Assembly: GCA_963715985.1 (NCBI GenBank)
Contig: CAVQSP010000014.1
Span: 32,001-96,000 of the forward strand
Direction of reading: 5' to 3'
From: an uncultured Thermoleophilia bacterium
GTDB taxonomy: Bacteria > Actinomycetota > Thermoleophilia > UBA2241
DNA: 64,000 nucleotides
The notes beneath the pieces are model-generated. The model made no database searches and was not told where the DNA came from. It was given only the letters and a program-made list of their open reading frames with translations. Every line of letters starts with the position of its first letter. Positions within the stretch are counted from its first letter, which is position 1. The translations under genes were made by a program, and so were the position numbers. Below, piece after piece: positions 45,760 through 56,892 of the stretch.

Positions 45760-46776
45760 GTGGACACCGCCATCATCTGGGACGAGGCCTACGCCGAGCA
45801 CGACACGGCCGATCACCCCGAGGGGCCAGACCGCGTCGCCGCCGTGGTCGCGTACCTGCAAGGCACCGACCTGTGGCCGCGCCTCACCGTGGTCAAGCCC
45901 GAGCCGGCCACCGAAGACGACGTCCTCCTGGTGCACACGCCCACCCATCTTGCGGTGGTCAGGCGCGCGGCGCAGAACCCGCGCGGGCAGTACCTGGACC
46001 CCGACACCTTCGTCTCGCCGCGCAGCTACGAGATCGCGCTGCTCGCGGTGGGAGGCGTCGTGGAGGCCACGAAGCTCTGGGACAGGGGGCTCGTCGCTTT
46101 CGCCCTCATCCGCCCGCCGGGGCATCACGCCACGCCGGACCGCGCCATGGGCTTCTGCCTCTTCGACAACATCGCCATCGCCGCCGCGCGCCTGCTCGCC
46201 CAAGGGTACGAGCGCATCGCGATCCTGGATTGGGACGTGCACCACGGCAACGGCACACAGGCGGCGTTCTATCGTGAGCCGCGCGTGCTCTTCGTCAGCC
46301 TGCACGAGTGGCCGCACTACCCGGGCAGCGGCTTCTTCACGGAGTGCGGCGAGGGCGCCGCGGAAGGTCGCACCGTCAACCTCCCGCTGCCCGCCGGCTG
46401 CACGGACGGCGACTACGCGCACGCGTTCGAGGCCGTCGTGGAACCCATCGTGCGGCAGTACGCGCCGCAGGCCATCCTCGTCTCCGCCGGCATGGACATC
46501 CACCGCGACGACCCGCTCGGCGACATGGACGTCACCGAGGCCGGCTTCGCGGACATGGCGCTGCGCTGTCTCCGCCTGGCCCAGGAGCTCTGCGAGGGGC
46601 GCCTGGCGTTCGTGCTCGAGGGCGGGTACGACCGCAGGGCCACGGCCAGGTCGGTGGAGGCCGTCCTCAGAGCTGTCGCGGACGAGACCGCGCCGCCGGT
46701 CGGGCCGACCACCGCGAGGGCGTCCCAGGCGATCGAGCGGGCGCGGGAGACGCAGGCCGCGTACTGGCAGGTCTGA
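45760..46776 (+). CDS. Histone deacetylase family protein (acetylpolyamine amidohydrolase/AcuC-like)
   Basis: HPEGPDR, RPPGHHA, GFCLFDN, DWDVHHGNGT, SAGMD..DPLG, LEGGY. Confidence 0.92.
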   Translation: MDTAIIWDEAYAEHDTADHPEGPDRVAAVVAYLQGTDLWPRLTVVKPEPATEDDVLLVHTPTHLAVVRRAAQNPRGQYLDPDTFVSPRSYEIALLAVGGVVEATKLWDRGLVAFALIRPPGHHATPDRAMGFCLFDNIAIAAARLLAQGYERIAILDWDVHHGNGTQAAFYREPRVLFVSLHEWPHYPGSGFFTECGEGAAEGRTVNLPLPAGCTDGDYAHAFEAVVEPIVRQYAPQAILVSAGMDIHRDDPLGDMDVTEAGFADMALRCLRLAQELCEGRLAFVLEGGYDRRATARSVEAVLRAVADETAPPVGPTTARASQAIERARETQAAYWQV

Positions 46777-46783
46777 GGCCGGC

Positions 46784-47988
46784 TCAGCTTCGCCGGCCGG
46801 CCGGGTCGGCCTCGGCGGCTGCAGATCCCCGTCACCACCTGCGTGAGCTCGTCGATGTGCGCCTCGATGAACTCCATGCAGCCCACGTTGCCCAGGAAGT
46901 ACTGCATGTACTCGTCCACGTCCGAGTCCGGCGAGCCGTAGAAGTACGTGACGTCCCAGTTGAGGATGTAGAGGTTGGCGTTGGCGATCATGCGCGGCAG
47001 CACGGCGAGCTCGCGGGCGCCCATGCGGCCCGGCTCGCTCCAGCGCGCGGCCTCGTCCTGGTAACCGCGAAGGAAGACGGCCGCCTTGTCGAGGCGCAGC
47101 TGGCCCTTGTCCGGCCCTTCCCACGAGGTGCAGAAGTAGGCGATGCCCTGGGCCACGTCGAACACGCGGTAGTCCAGTTTGGCCCAGTCGAAGTCGAAGA
47201 GGCCGACGCCCTGCTCGTCCACCCACTTGAGGTTGCCCGGGTGGTAGTCGCAGTGCACCGGGCACACCGGCAGGCCGTCGAGCTGGGACCGTATCTCCAG
47301 ACCCTTGGCGACGACCTCGAGGATCGTCGGCATCTTCTCGCGCAGGTACCTGTCGCAGGCCGTGTCGCCGCCTCCGGCCACGAGCCCTGTCCACGAGTCC
47401 ACCCAAGTCGGCACGAAGTCCATGATGGGCGGCTGTTCGCGCGCCAGGTCCTCGGGCCGGAACTCGTTGGCGGCGTGGTGGAACCCCGCCAGCACGCGGG
47501 CCCCACTCTCGAACTCCTTGTCGGTGAGGCGGTTCTGTATCCAGCTGTATTTGTCCTCACCCTCGAGCATGGTGAAGACGGCGAAGAAGAACGTCCTGGG
47601 CACGCCGTCCACGACCTCGTCACGGGTCACGAAGGTGGGCCCGGAGCGCGTTGCGAAGACGTTGGCGGCGAGGCGGAAGCCGTGCATCGTACAACTGCGT
47701 GAGGAGCGCGTGCTCGAAGAGCACCTCGCGCTCCGTGACCGCCGGGTTGTACTTGCGCACGAAGTACTTGTGCTCGCCGTCCTCCCGGCGCGTCCACACG
47801 GCGAAGCTCGCGTTGCAGTAGCCGCCGAAGATCTGCTCGGCACGGATCACCGGCCCCAGGTCGTAGTCTGCGTTGACGACCTGCGAGATCTGGGTCAGGA
47901 GGGCGGCCTTGCTCTGGTCGGACGTGTCGCAGGTGGCTCCCTGCGTCTCACCGACCGCTGCCTGCGTATCGTCTGCGTTCGCGCTCAC
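46784..47988 (-). CDS. APH / type II homoserine kinase-like phosphotransferase (frameshifts at ~47690 and ~46825)
   Basis: IFGGYCN, YFVRKY, VHCDYHPGN, GLFDFDW, RVFDVA. Confidence 0.8.
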
Positions 47989-48046
47989 TGCGCCACCTCA
48001 CGTTCTGGGACTCGAGCGGCGGCGCCGGAGCGGCCCGCCGCGCTGT

Positions 48047-48877
48047 TCACACGACGATGAGCTGGAGTCCGAGGAGCTCCATCTCGTCGCGGACGTCTTG
48101 GCCCACGCCGTCGTCCACGATGACGATGTTGACCATGTCGAGGGCGCAGATCACCACGTCGCCCACGGCGCCCACCTTGCTGCTGTCCGCGAGAACGACG
48201 ATCTCGCCGCGCGTCTGGCGGATCATGGCGCGCTCGACGCCCGCCAGGCTGAGGCTGGGCGTGGTGACGCCCTCGTCGAGAGACAGGCCGTCCGCGCCGA
48301 GGATGAACCGCGAGGCGTGAAAGCCGCCCACCGACTCGATGGCGAGGGCGCCGGCCAGCGTGTTGGAGCGCGGCCTGTACGAGCCGCCCAGCAGCACGAC
48401 GTCCAGGCTGGTGCCCTGCGCCGCGGACACGGCGCCGAGGTTGTGCGTGACCACGCGCGCTTCGAGATCAGGAGGCACGTGGCTGAGCACCTGCGTGGCC
48501 GTGGTGCCGGAGCTGAGAAAGACGGTCTCGCCGGGCTTGATCATGGCCGCGGCGGCCTGCGCGATGCGGCGCTTCTCCTCGGAGTGCTCGCGCTCGCTGG
48601 CCACGTAGAACGGCTCCTCCGCCATGCGCCGCTTGAGGATGGCGCCTCCGTGCATGCGCGAAAGCAGACCCTCCTGCTCGAGGCGCTCGAGGTCGCGGCG
48701 GATCGTCATCTCCGAGACGCCGAGCTCTTCGCTCAACACGGAGACGCGCACCGAGCGCCGCTGCTCCAGCGATTCGACGATGCGGGCGCGGCGCTCGGCC
48801 GGGATCATCTCGTGTACTTCGGGCGCTTCATCACTCGGCATCGGGCCCCCCGGCGCAGGTCGCTCAGGATTCGACAA
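48047..48877 (-). CDS. DeoR/GlpR family transcriptional regulator
   Basis: ERRARIV..VSEMTIRRDL..RMHGGA; EKRRIAQAAA; SSGTT; LADSSK. Confidence 0.93.
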   Translation of the reverse strand: MSNPERPAPGGPMPSDEAPEVHEMIPAERRARIVESLEQRRSVRVSVLSEELGVSEMTIRRDLERLEQEGLLSRMHGGAILKRRMAEEPFYVASEREHSEEKRRIAQAAAAMIKPGETVFLSSGTTATQVLSHVPPDLEARVVTHNLGAVSAAQGTSLDVVLLGGSYRPRSNTLAGALAIESVGGFHASRFILGADGLSLDEGVTTPSLSLAGVERAMIRQTRGEIVVLADSSKVGAVGDVVICALDMVNIVIVDDGVGQDVRDEMELLGLQLIVV

Positions 48878-48897
48878 CTCCGAACATAGTCGAACAC

Positions 48898-48925
48898 ATC
48901 ATAGGATGGGGCGCGGTGCTGTCAA
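48898..48925 (-). promoter_or_regulatory. Promoter of DeoR-kinase unit
   Basis: TTGACA-16-TATGAT, followed by direct repeat tgttcga/tgttcgg. Confidence 0.65.
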
Positions 48926-48955
48926 GCGCCCGCCCGGCAGGTCGGCGTCGCCGTA

Positions 48956-48993
48956 CGCGGAAACGCCGGGCCTTGCGGCCCGGCGTTTCCGCG
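48956..48993. terminator. Hairpin terminator
   Basis: cgcggaaacgccgggcc-ttgc-ggcccggcgtttccgcg. Confidence 0.7.
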
Positions 48994-49021
48994 ACTCGGT
49001 CTTCAGATGTGCGGCCTGCGA

Positions 49022-50658
49022 TCACTCCGGCGGCACCTCGAGGAAGGCGTACCCGACGTCGATGCCCTTGCTCTTGTTGACGGCGGCGCCGATGAAGTAC
49101 CAGACCAGGCAGATCACGAAGATGCTGCCCACGATGATGTACGGGGTGGTGCCCTTGAGTCCGTAGCCCGCGTTCGTGAGGAACGCGATCTCGGCCGCCA
49201 CGCCGAAGACGAAGCCGATGATGCCGAAGATCGTCACCAGCGGGAAGCCCCCGAGCGTGTACTTGGCGCCCGGCGACGCTTCATAGAGAGCTTTCGCCCG
49301 GAAGGGAAGCAGAGCTGCCGCGAGGCAGCTGATGACGAAGACGTAGCCACACGCGAAGGTGACGCCCAGGCTGAGACTGATGAACCTCCCCCAGTAGCTG
49401 TAGCAGGATGATGACCGGCACGCTGCAGGCCGAAGTAGAGCCAGTGGGCGACCGCCGGCGAGCGGAACCGCGGGCTGATCTTGGAGATGAAGGCCGGCAA
49501 GGTGCGGTCGAGCGACATGCCGACCATGACGCGCGTCATGCCGATGTAGCAGTTGCAGGTGATCTGCAGCGACGCGAGCATGAAGCTGACCGCCACGAGG
49601 ATCGTGATGATCGGATTGGGCGAGATCACGATGGCCATCATCCCGGGGAAAGGCCGCACACTGCCGATGCCTTCGCCGGAGGCGCTCACCAAGTAGTAGT
49701 ACGAGTGCGACACGGCGTTGAAGAAGGCCGTGCCGACAGCCCTCTCCTGGCTCCAGGCGATGAGCGCGAGGACGATAGCCACGGAGATCATGGACCCCAC
49801 GATGATGAACATCTGGTTCTTGAAGACGCGGGCGCCCTTGATCTCGCCGCCCTGCTGCACGCTGTAGGTGGCCCACTGCAGGCTCGTCCACACGATGGGC
49901 ATGGCCAGCAGTGTCGCGCCGAGCGCGAACTTGGGCAGGAGGTTCACGCCGGCGTCGGCGACGTCCTTCTGGATCCAGTGTGTAGTAGTCCGTGCGGCCG
50001 TCGACCACGTTGGAGAAGTGGTTCATGGCCGTCGCGAACTCCGCCGGCGTGGTGCGGAGGAACTGCACGATCAGGATGACGACGAGGATGCCGGTGGCCG
50101 GCGAACATGAAGTACTGCAGGCGCACGTAGTTCTTGAAGCCGGTCACCAGCAGGAGGGCGATGGCAGCCGCTCCGACGATGCTGGTCACGACGACGCCCT
50201 GCGCACGACTGCACCCACACGGCGGCGTCGATGAGGCTGGTGTTCTCGTAGTACACGCCGAGGCCCATGAAGAGGGGCGCCAGGCCGAGGCACGCGAGGA
50301 GCCAGCCGGCGAGCGCGACCCACATGAGGATGAAGATGACGAAGCCGCTCATCACGATCGGGAAGCCGACGGCGCCGCCGAGCACGCGGCTCTGGAACAC
50401 GTAGTCGCCGCCCGAACGCGGCATGGCCGTGGCCATCCACACGTAGGCGAGCGCGATCGGAAGCTCGAGCAGGATCGCGTACAGGCACGCCTGCCACACG
50501 GCCACGCCGGGGAACGCCGCCGGCGCCCAGATGAACGTCCACGGGAAGATCACGCCCATGGTCAGGAAGTTGTACATGTACGCCGACCAGGGCGACATCA
50601 CCCTGGACAGCCCTGAAGCCTTTCTGCTGAAGACTTCGGGTCTTGCTGTTGTTGCCAT
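49022..50658 (-). CDS. APC family permease (several frameshifts)
   Basis: FSRKASGL, AMPRSGGDYVFQSR, GGEIKG, DRTLP; many TM segments; C-terminal FLEVPPE. Confidence 0.82.
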
Positions 50659-50722
50659 CTCGACCCCCCTGTTCAGGTTCTCGTGCGGACCGCCCGCCGG
50701 CCCTCCGTCCTGGCCGCCGCGG

Positions 50723-51726
50723 TCACCCCGACGTCATCTGGTAGCCGATCGACCTTGCCCGGCTCCAGGGTGAAGATGCAGCCCCTCAGGATGCCCTCCC
50801 CGTACTCGCTGCCCGGGTTGATCACGGTCGTGCGCCCGACCTTGACGAGGCCGCGCGACTCGTGGATGTGCCCGCACAGCTGGAGGAGAGGCTGGTACTT
50901 CTCCACGACCTTGCGCACCGCCGTGCTGCCGGCCGGCGCCGACTGCGGCACGCCCGCCACGTATGATCGGCGACGGCGGGTCTGTCGACCAGTCCAGCTT
51001 GGGGCAATCGTCCAGCGTGCAGTCGTAGGGAGGGACGTGGAAGTTGAAGATCGCGCTCTCGAACTCCTCGATCCCCTCGACCGCGTGTTCCAGATGTTGC
51101 TCGAGCACCTCCTCTGTCACCTCACGCGGGGTGTCCCACGGAGTCGGGTTGCTGTAGCCACAGTTGGCCATCGGGTACTTGTCGTCGACGTAGATGACCT
51201 TCTCTTCGCAGTTGACGACGTGCTCGCTCTGGATGCCCTCGAGCACGGTGAGCACCTCGGCTGGGTCGTCGTTGCCGCCGGTCACGTACCACTTGACCGG
51301 AGTGCCGGCGAGGCGCTCGTCGGCCATGGCGATCCAGCGCTCGAGGCGCTCGCGACCAAGCTGCCGGAAGACGCGGTCGATCGAAGACTCGTCCTCTTGC
51401 ATGGCTCGGAGCTCGTCTTCCTCCAGAGTGATGTGATAGAAGCCGAGCGTCTCGATGCGGTCCTTGACGGCGGCCAGGGCGTCGCCGCCCTCGAGCGACT
51501 CGGTGGCGCCCTGCAGCGTCACGCGGTAGTGGGCGTCGTGCTCGTGCACGATGGGCACGAGGAACTTGCCCGTGATGTCGCCGCCCATGATGATGTGGTC
51601 CACCTTGTAGAACGCCGCTCCGTTGATGAACTTGCGGAAGGTGCGCTCGGAGCCGTGGACGTCGGTCGCGTAGAACAGGCGGGTGCGTTTCGAGTCCCCG
51701 CCGCCCTTCTTCTTGAAGAATGCCAT
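50723..51726 (-). CDS. Calcineurin-like metallophosphoesterase (frameshifts at ~50960 and ~50750)
   Basis: ATDVHGS, GGDITGK, GGNDD, FHVPP, CGHIHE, INPGSEY. Confidence 0.85.
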
Positions 51727-51746
51727 GCTGCGCTCTCCTCGTCGCC

Positions 51747-52550
51747 TCAGTCGATCGCCTTGTACCACTTGACCTTGTCGCCCACCCTGGCGCGCAGCTT
51801 CCACTTGGTGCCCTTGGGGATGTCGTCCACGGCCGTGCGCAACTCGGCGAGTCGGCGCGTCACCACATCCTTGTCCTCGTCCGTGAGGTCGAGGTGCGGC
51901 AGGTAGTCGCGCGTCTTGTCCATGTTCATGGTGGTGGTGCGCCACAGCCCCCACTCGCCGGCGCACAGGGTGGCCACGCGGTTGGAGTTGATGCAGTCCT
52001 CGTCGCTGGCGGCGATCTTGTGCTCGCGCAGCAGCATGATGGTGTCGATGATGTCCTTCTCGTTGATCTGCACGATCTGCATCTTCTCGAGGAACAGCTC
52101 CGCGAGGGGGATGGTGACGTCATCCACTTCGAGGCGGTTCTTCCAGGGGATGGGGTGGCAGAAGTCCAGGCGGTCCATGAAGACGTCGATGTGCAGGTGC
52201 GTCTGCGGGTGGTTGAAGATCAGGCGGCCACCCTCGGCGTGGAAGGCGTTGATCTCCATGTCTTCGTCGTAGCCGAGGGCCACGAAGAGCTCGCGGATCT
52301 GCATGTTCTGCTTGCCGTAGCCGGCGAAGTCGATGTCGGTGTACACGCGGTTCAGCTGCGCCTGGATGTAGCCGAACTCGGGGCAGTGGTGGTGGAAGGC
52401 GAGGGCGCCGATGATCCGCAGCGTCACGCCCTTGGCCTCGCCGGCCTCGACGATGCGGATGGCCTCATCCTCAAAACGCTTCGCCATGTCGGCGTCCACA
52501 GTGCCCATGCCGACCTCTTCGTTGATGGGCTGCGTCTCCTCTTCGGTCAT
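51747..52550 (-). CDS. Uncharacterised protein with nucleotidyltransferase-fold motif
   Basis: LRIIGALAF...YTDIDF...HIDVF matches the hG-x-DhD-hDh pattern; KMQIVQINEKDIID. Confidence 0.6.
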   Translation of the reverse strand: MTEEETQPINEEVGMGTVDADMAKRFEDEAIRIVEAGEAKGVTLRIIGALAFHHHCPEFGYIQAQLNRVYTDIDFAGYGKQNMQIRELFVALGYDEDMEINAFHAEGGRLIFNHPQTHLHIDVFMDRLDFCHPIPWKNRLEVDDVTIPLAELFLEKMQIVQINEKDIIDTIMLLREHKIAASDEDCINSNRVATLCAGEWGLWRTTTMNMDKTRDYLPHLDLTDEDKDVVTRRLAELRTAVDDIPKGTKWKLRARVGDKVKWYKAID

Positions 52551-52599
52551 GAGCCGCTCCTGTGTCGTCGGTTGCTTGTCTCGTTTGGCCGCATGCGGT

Positions 52600-53385
52600 T
52601 CACACTGCTTCACAGCGCGGTCCGGATCGCTGGATCCTCGTGCGCACCTCGGGGGGGACCCCGTCGTCTACGAGCACGACGTCGATCTGGTCCATGGGGC
52701 AGATGACCACCTGGCAGACGAGACCGATCTTGTCGCTGTCGGCGAGCACGACCACCTCGCCGCGCGTGCGGCGGATCATGGCCAGCTCGATGCCGGCCAC
52801 GGCCATGCTCGGGGTGGTGAGGCCGGCCGCGGCGTCCAGGCCGTCCGCGCCCAGAAACGCCTTGTCGGCGTGGAAGTTGGCGATCATGTCGATGGGCCAG
52901 CTGCCCTCGACGGCATTGATCTGCGGCCGGTAGAGGCCGCCGAGGAAGATGATCTCGAGACTGAGGCCCTGCGCCTCCGCGGCCGCCGCCAGGCTGTGCG
53001 TGACGACGCGGGCCTCGAGGGCCGGGTCCACGAAGCGCAGGATCCCGGCCACCGTGGAGCCCGAGCCCAGAAAGACGGTGTCCCGCGGCTCGATCATGGC
53101 TGCTGCCGCCCGGGCGATGCGCGCCTTCTCGGGCGCGTGAGACTCAGCGGCGGCGTCCAGCATCTGCTCGTCGGTGGGCCGGCGCTTGAGCACGGCGCCG
53201 CCGTGGGTGCGCCGCAGAACGCCCTCGCGGTCGAGGAGCTTGAGGTCGCGGCGGATGGTGATCTCGGAGACGCCGAGGGCTTCGCTGAGGGCTGAGACCT
53301 TGACGACGCGCTGCTCCTCGAGCTCGTCGACGATGCGCGCGCGCCTCTCGGCAGGGATCATCTCTGGAGCGTCAGAAACGGTCAC
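52600..53385 (-). CDS. DeoR/GlpR family transcriptional regulator (paralog of 48047-48877)
   Basis: MIPAERRARIV..VSEITIRRDL..RTHGGA; LADSDK. Confidence 0.93.
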   Translation of the reverse strand: MTVSDAPEMIPAERRARIVDELEEQRVVKVSALSEALGVSEITIRRDLKLLDREGVLRRTHGGAVLKRRPTDEQMLDAAAESHAPEKARIARAAAAMIEPRDTVFLGSGSTVAGILRFVDPALEARVVTHSLAAAAEAQGLSLEIIFLGGLYRPQINAVEGSWPIDMIANFHADKAFLGADGLDAAAGLTTPSMAVAGIELAMIRRTRGEVVVLADSDKIGLVCQVVICPMDQIDVVLVDDGVPPEVRTRIQRSGPRCEAV

Positions 53386-53460
53386 CCGGCGATCCTTACG
53401 GTCGTGGCCCCCCAGCTACTGACCGGTCATGAATGAGCAGAACCGTTCAGTAATGGTCAC

Positions 53461-53488
53461 ATCATATGAGCGCTTTGCCGACTGTCAA
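53461..53488 (-). promoter_or_regulatory. Promoter of DeoR-NTase-phosphoesterase-permease unit
   Basis: TTGACA-16-TATGAT on the minus strand. Confidence 0.65.
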
Positions 53489-53634
53489 GGGGTTCCTCGC
53501 GGCCTTCTCGCAGGCCGGCGCAGCAGCCTCAAGCAGGGGCGCCACGCCGTACGCGAACGAGCCGGGGAGCCGCACTGCGGCTCCCCGGCTCGTGAGCTCG
53601 GAGCAGGCGTGGCGCGAGCCTCGCCCGCGCCCTC

Positions 53635-55653
53635 TCAGAGCAGCGACTTGGCGCGCGCGACCACGTTGTCCGCGGTGAAGCCGAACTCCTTGAACAGGGT
53701 GCCGGCCGGGGCGGACGCGCCGTAGTGATCGAGACCGATCACGATGCCGCCGTCGCCCACCCAGCGGTCCCAGCCGAAGGTGACGCCGGCCTCTATGCCC
53801 ACGCGGCTGCTGCAGGCGAGCGGCAGGACGCTCTCGCGGTAGTCGGCGTCCTGCTTGCCGAACAGCGCCATGGACGCCATGTTCACGACGCGCGAGCGTA
53901 CGCCGTCGGCCACGAGGCGCTCGTGCGCCTCGAGCGCCACGGCGACCTCGCTGCCGCTGGCGATGAGGATCACGTCGGGAGCGCCGCCCTCGGCGGCGTC
54001 GGCCAGGACGTAGGCGCCGCGGGCGATGCCGCTCGCGGAGGGGTGCGTGCTGCGGTCGATGGTCGGCAGGTTCTGGCGCGTGAGCATCAGGCCGACCGGG
54101 CCGTCGCGGTGGGTGAGGGCGATCTTCCAGGCCTCCACCGTCTCGTTGGCGTCGGCGGGCCTGAGGTCGGTCCAGTTGGGCGTGGCCCGCATCATCGCCA
54201 GGTGCTCGATGGGCTGGTGGGTGGGGCCGTCCTCCCCGACGCCGATGCTGTCGTGGGTGAGGATGTAGGTGACCGGCAGCCCCATGATCGAGGCCAGACG
54301 CATCGACGGGCGCATGTAGTCGGTGAACACGAAGAAGGTGGCCACGTAGGGATGGACGCCGCCGTGCAGCGCGAGGCCGTTGCCGATGCCGGCCATGCCG
54401 AGCTCGCGCACGCCGAAGTGGAAGTTGCGGCCCTCGGGCGTGGCGGCCTGCTGGTCGGCGGCGTCCTTGATCAGCGTGTTGTTGGACGGCGCCAGGTCGG
54501 CGGAGCCGCCGATGAGCGTGGGGAGGTGCGGCGCCACGGCGTTGATGACCTTGCCCGACGCCGAGCGCGTGGCGACGGCGCCGTCGGCCGGGTCGAACAC
54601 GGGCAGGTCGGCGTCCCAGCCGTCCGGCAGGGCGCCGCTCCAGGCGGCGTCCCAGGCGGCGGCGCGGGAGGCGTCGGCCGCGCTCCAGGCGGCGTGGCGC
54701 TCCGTCCACGCCGCGTGCGCGGCCGCACCCTTGGCGGCGACATCGCCGTAGCAGGCGCGGACCTCGTCCGGCACGAGGAACTCAGGCTCCAGCGGCCAGC
54801 CGAGGTTCTCCTTGGTCAGCTTGACCTCGTCGGCTCCCAGGGGCGCCCCGTGGGCACCGGCGCTGTCCTGCTTGTGCGGCGACCCGAAGCCGATGTGGGT
54901 GCGTACGGCGATGATCGAGGGCTTGCCGGTCTCGGCCTTGGCCGCCGTGATCGCCTTGTCGATGGCGTCCAGGTCGGTGCCGTCGGCCACGCGCTGCGTG
55001 TGCCAGCCGTAGGCGGCGAAGCGTGCCACCACGTCCTCGGTGAACGCCAGGTCGGTGGACCCGTCGATGGTGATGTGGTTGTCGTCGTACATGACGATGA
55101 GCTTGCCGAGCTTCTGGTGGCCGGCGAACGAGGCCGCCTCGCTGGAGATGCCCTCCATCATGTCGCCGTCGCCGGCCAACACGTAGGTGTAGTGGTCCAT
55201 GACGGACGGGCCGTCGCCGTTGAACGTGGCGGCCAGGAAGCGCTCCGCGACGGCCATGCCGACGGCGTTGCTGAAGCCCTGGCCGAGCGGCCCGGTGGTG
55301 GTCTCCACGCCGGCCGTGTGCTTGTACTCGGGGTGACCCGGCGTCTTGCTGCCCCACTGGCGGAAGGCCTTGAGGTCGTCGAGCGAGAGGTCGTAGCCGG
55401 TCAGGTGGAGCAGGGAGTAGAGCAGCATGCTGGCGTGCCCGGCGGAGAGCACGAAGCGGTCGCGGTCCGGCCACGCCGGGTCGGCGGGGTCGAAGCGCAG
55501 GTGCCGCGTGAACAGCACGTGCGCGACGGGCGCCGCCCCCATGGGCATGCCGGGATGGCCGGAGTTGGCCTTCTGCACGCCGTCCACGGCCAGAAAGCGG
55601 ATGGTGTCGATGCAGCGCTCGTCGAGGGTCTGTGCGCTCGCCACGGGGCTCAC
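53635..55653 (-). CDS. tkt: Transketolase
   Basis: [58 protein letters not shown]. Confidence 0.97.
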   Translation of the reverse strand: MSPVASAQTLDERCIDTIRFLAVDGVQKANSGHPGMPMGAAPVAHVLFTRHLRFDPADPAWPDRDRFVLSAGHASMLLYSLLHLTGYDLSLDDLKAFRQWGSKTPGHPEYKHTAGVETTTGPLGQGFSNAVGMAVAERFLAATFNGDGPSVMDHYTYVLAGDGDMMEGISSEAASFAGHQKLGKLIVMYDDNHITIDGSTDLAFTEDVVARFAAYGWHTQRVADGTDLDAIDKAITAAKAETGKPSIIAVRTHIGFGSPHKQDSAGAHGAPLGADEVKLTKENLGWPLEPEFLVPDEVRACYGDVAAKGAAAHAAWTERHAAWSAADASRAAAWDAAWSGALPDGWDADLPVFDPADGAVATRSASGKVINAVAPHLPTLIGGSADLAPSNNTLIKDAADQQAATPEGRNFHFGVRELGMAGIGNGLALHGGVHPYVATFFVFTDYMRPSMRLASIMGLPVTYILTHDSIGVGEDGPTHQPIEHLAMMRATPNWTDLRPADANETVEAWKIALTHRDGPVGLMLTRQNLPTIDRSTHPSASGIARGAYVLADAAEGGAPDVILIASGSEVAVALEAHERLVADGVRSRVVNMASMALFGKQDADYRESVLPLACSSRVGIEAGVTFGWDRWVGDGGIVIGLDHYGASAPAGTLFKEFGFTADNVVARAKSLL

Positions 55654-55685
55654 CTCGGTCCTTTCGGTTGGGAGTGAAAGCCCGT

Positions 55686-55726
55686 CAGCCTCCGCCCTCC
55701 CGCGGGGCGGGAGGGCGGAGGCTGAA
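55686..55726. terminator. Intergenic hairpin
   Basis: tcagcctccgccctcccgc-ggg-gcgggagggcggaggctga. Confidence 0.55.
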
Positions 55727-55754
55727 GACGGGCGTCATGCGGTGTGTTGACGGC

Positions 55755-56839
55755 TCAGAAGTACTCGCGCACGAAGGTGACGAAGCGCTCGCACTCCGCG
55801 GGCGTGCCGGGGGTGACGCGGAAGTAGCCTTCCTTGCCGTTGATGGGCTTGATGGTCTTGATGAACAGCTTCTGCATGTCGGCGCCCGCCTGGACGATCT
55901 CGGCGCTGGTCTTGCCGCTCGACGAGGCGTCGATGAGCATGTAGTTGCCGTGCGGCGGGAACGGCTTGAGGCCCTTGGCCTCGAGCTCCTTGACGAACGT
56001 GGCCATCCACGTCGTTGTTGTACTCGACCTTCTCCTTGACCTCGCCCGTATCGAGGATGGCCTCGGCCGCGGCGATCGCCATCAGGCTGAGGTTCCAGGG
56101 CAGGTACATGAGGTTGAAGGCGTCCACCACGGTCGGCGAACCGACCACGTAGCCGAAGCGGCACGCCGGCCAGGCCGAAGGCCTTGGAGAACGTGTGCGA
56201 GAGGAAGACGTGGTCGTACTTCTTGACGAAGTCGATCTTGGCGTCGACGTCCGGGTGATAGTCCAGGTAGGCCTCGTCGACGCACATCGGGATGCCGAGC
56301 TCGGCGAACTTGGTGAGGTCGGCGTCGTCGATGAAGATGCCCGTCGGGTTGTTGGGGTTGATGATGAGGATGAGCTTGGTCTTGTCGGTGACGGCGGCGA
56401 GCATGGCGGGGACGTCGTACTGCAGGTCGGGCTCGCGAAGGTTGACCTGCACGGTCGTGGCGTTGCAGAGGCCGGCGCGCGAAGGGAACATCTCGAAGGT
56501 CGGGTTGGAGCAGAGGAACTCGTCGCCCGGCTGCAGGAAGATGCGCATCATCGCGTCGATGGTCTCGGAGGAGCCGTTGGCGAGGGCGATGTTCTCCGCC
56601 GCCAGGCCGTGGAGCTTGCCGAGCTTCTCACGCAGGCGGTAGGCGCGGTCCGGGTAGCGGTTGCCCTTCTCGGCCATGTCGGTGATCGCCTTGACGACTG
56701 CGTCCGACGGCGGCACCGGGTTCTCGTTCAGCATCATGCGGCCCATCTCGGGCTGCGCCCAGGCCTTGTCGAGGATGGCCGTGTTGTACTCGGGGGCCGT
56801 CCACACGTACGGGTTGATCTTGTCCTTGATGTCCGTCAT
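55755..56839 (-). CDS. Class I/II PLP aminotransferase, HisC-like (frameshifts at ~56160 and ~56010)
   Basis: LNENP, NRYPD, NGSSE, NPNNPTG, VDEAY, HTFSKAFGLAG. Confidence 0.85.
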
Positions 56840-56892
56840 GCCGGAGATCCTTTCGTCAGTCACTGACCGTCGGGGAGAAGCAGAGTCCGCGC

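Noticed and set aside
45760-47843. Long convergent overlap between deacetylase and kinase ORFs
   Set aside because: A probable indel near 46825 extends the kinase frame. A stop at 46784 in the adjacent frame removes the overlap.
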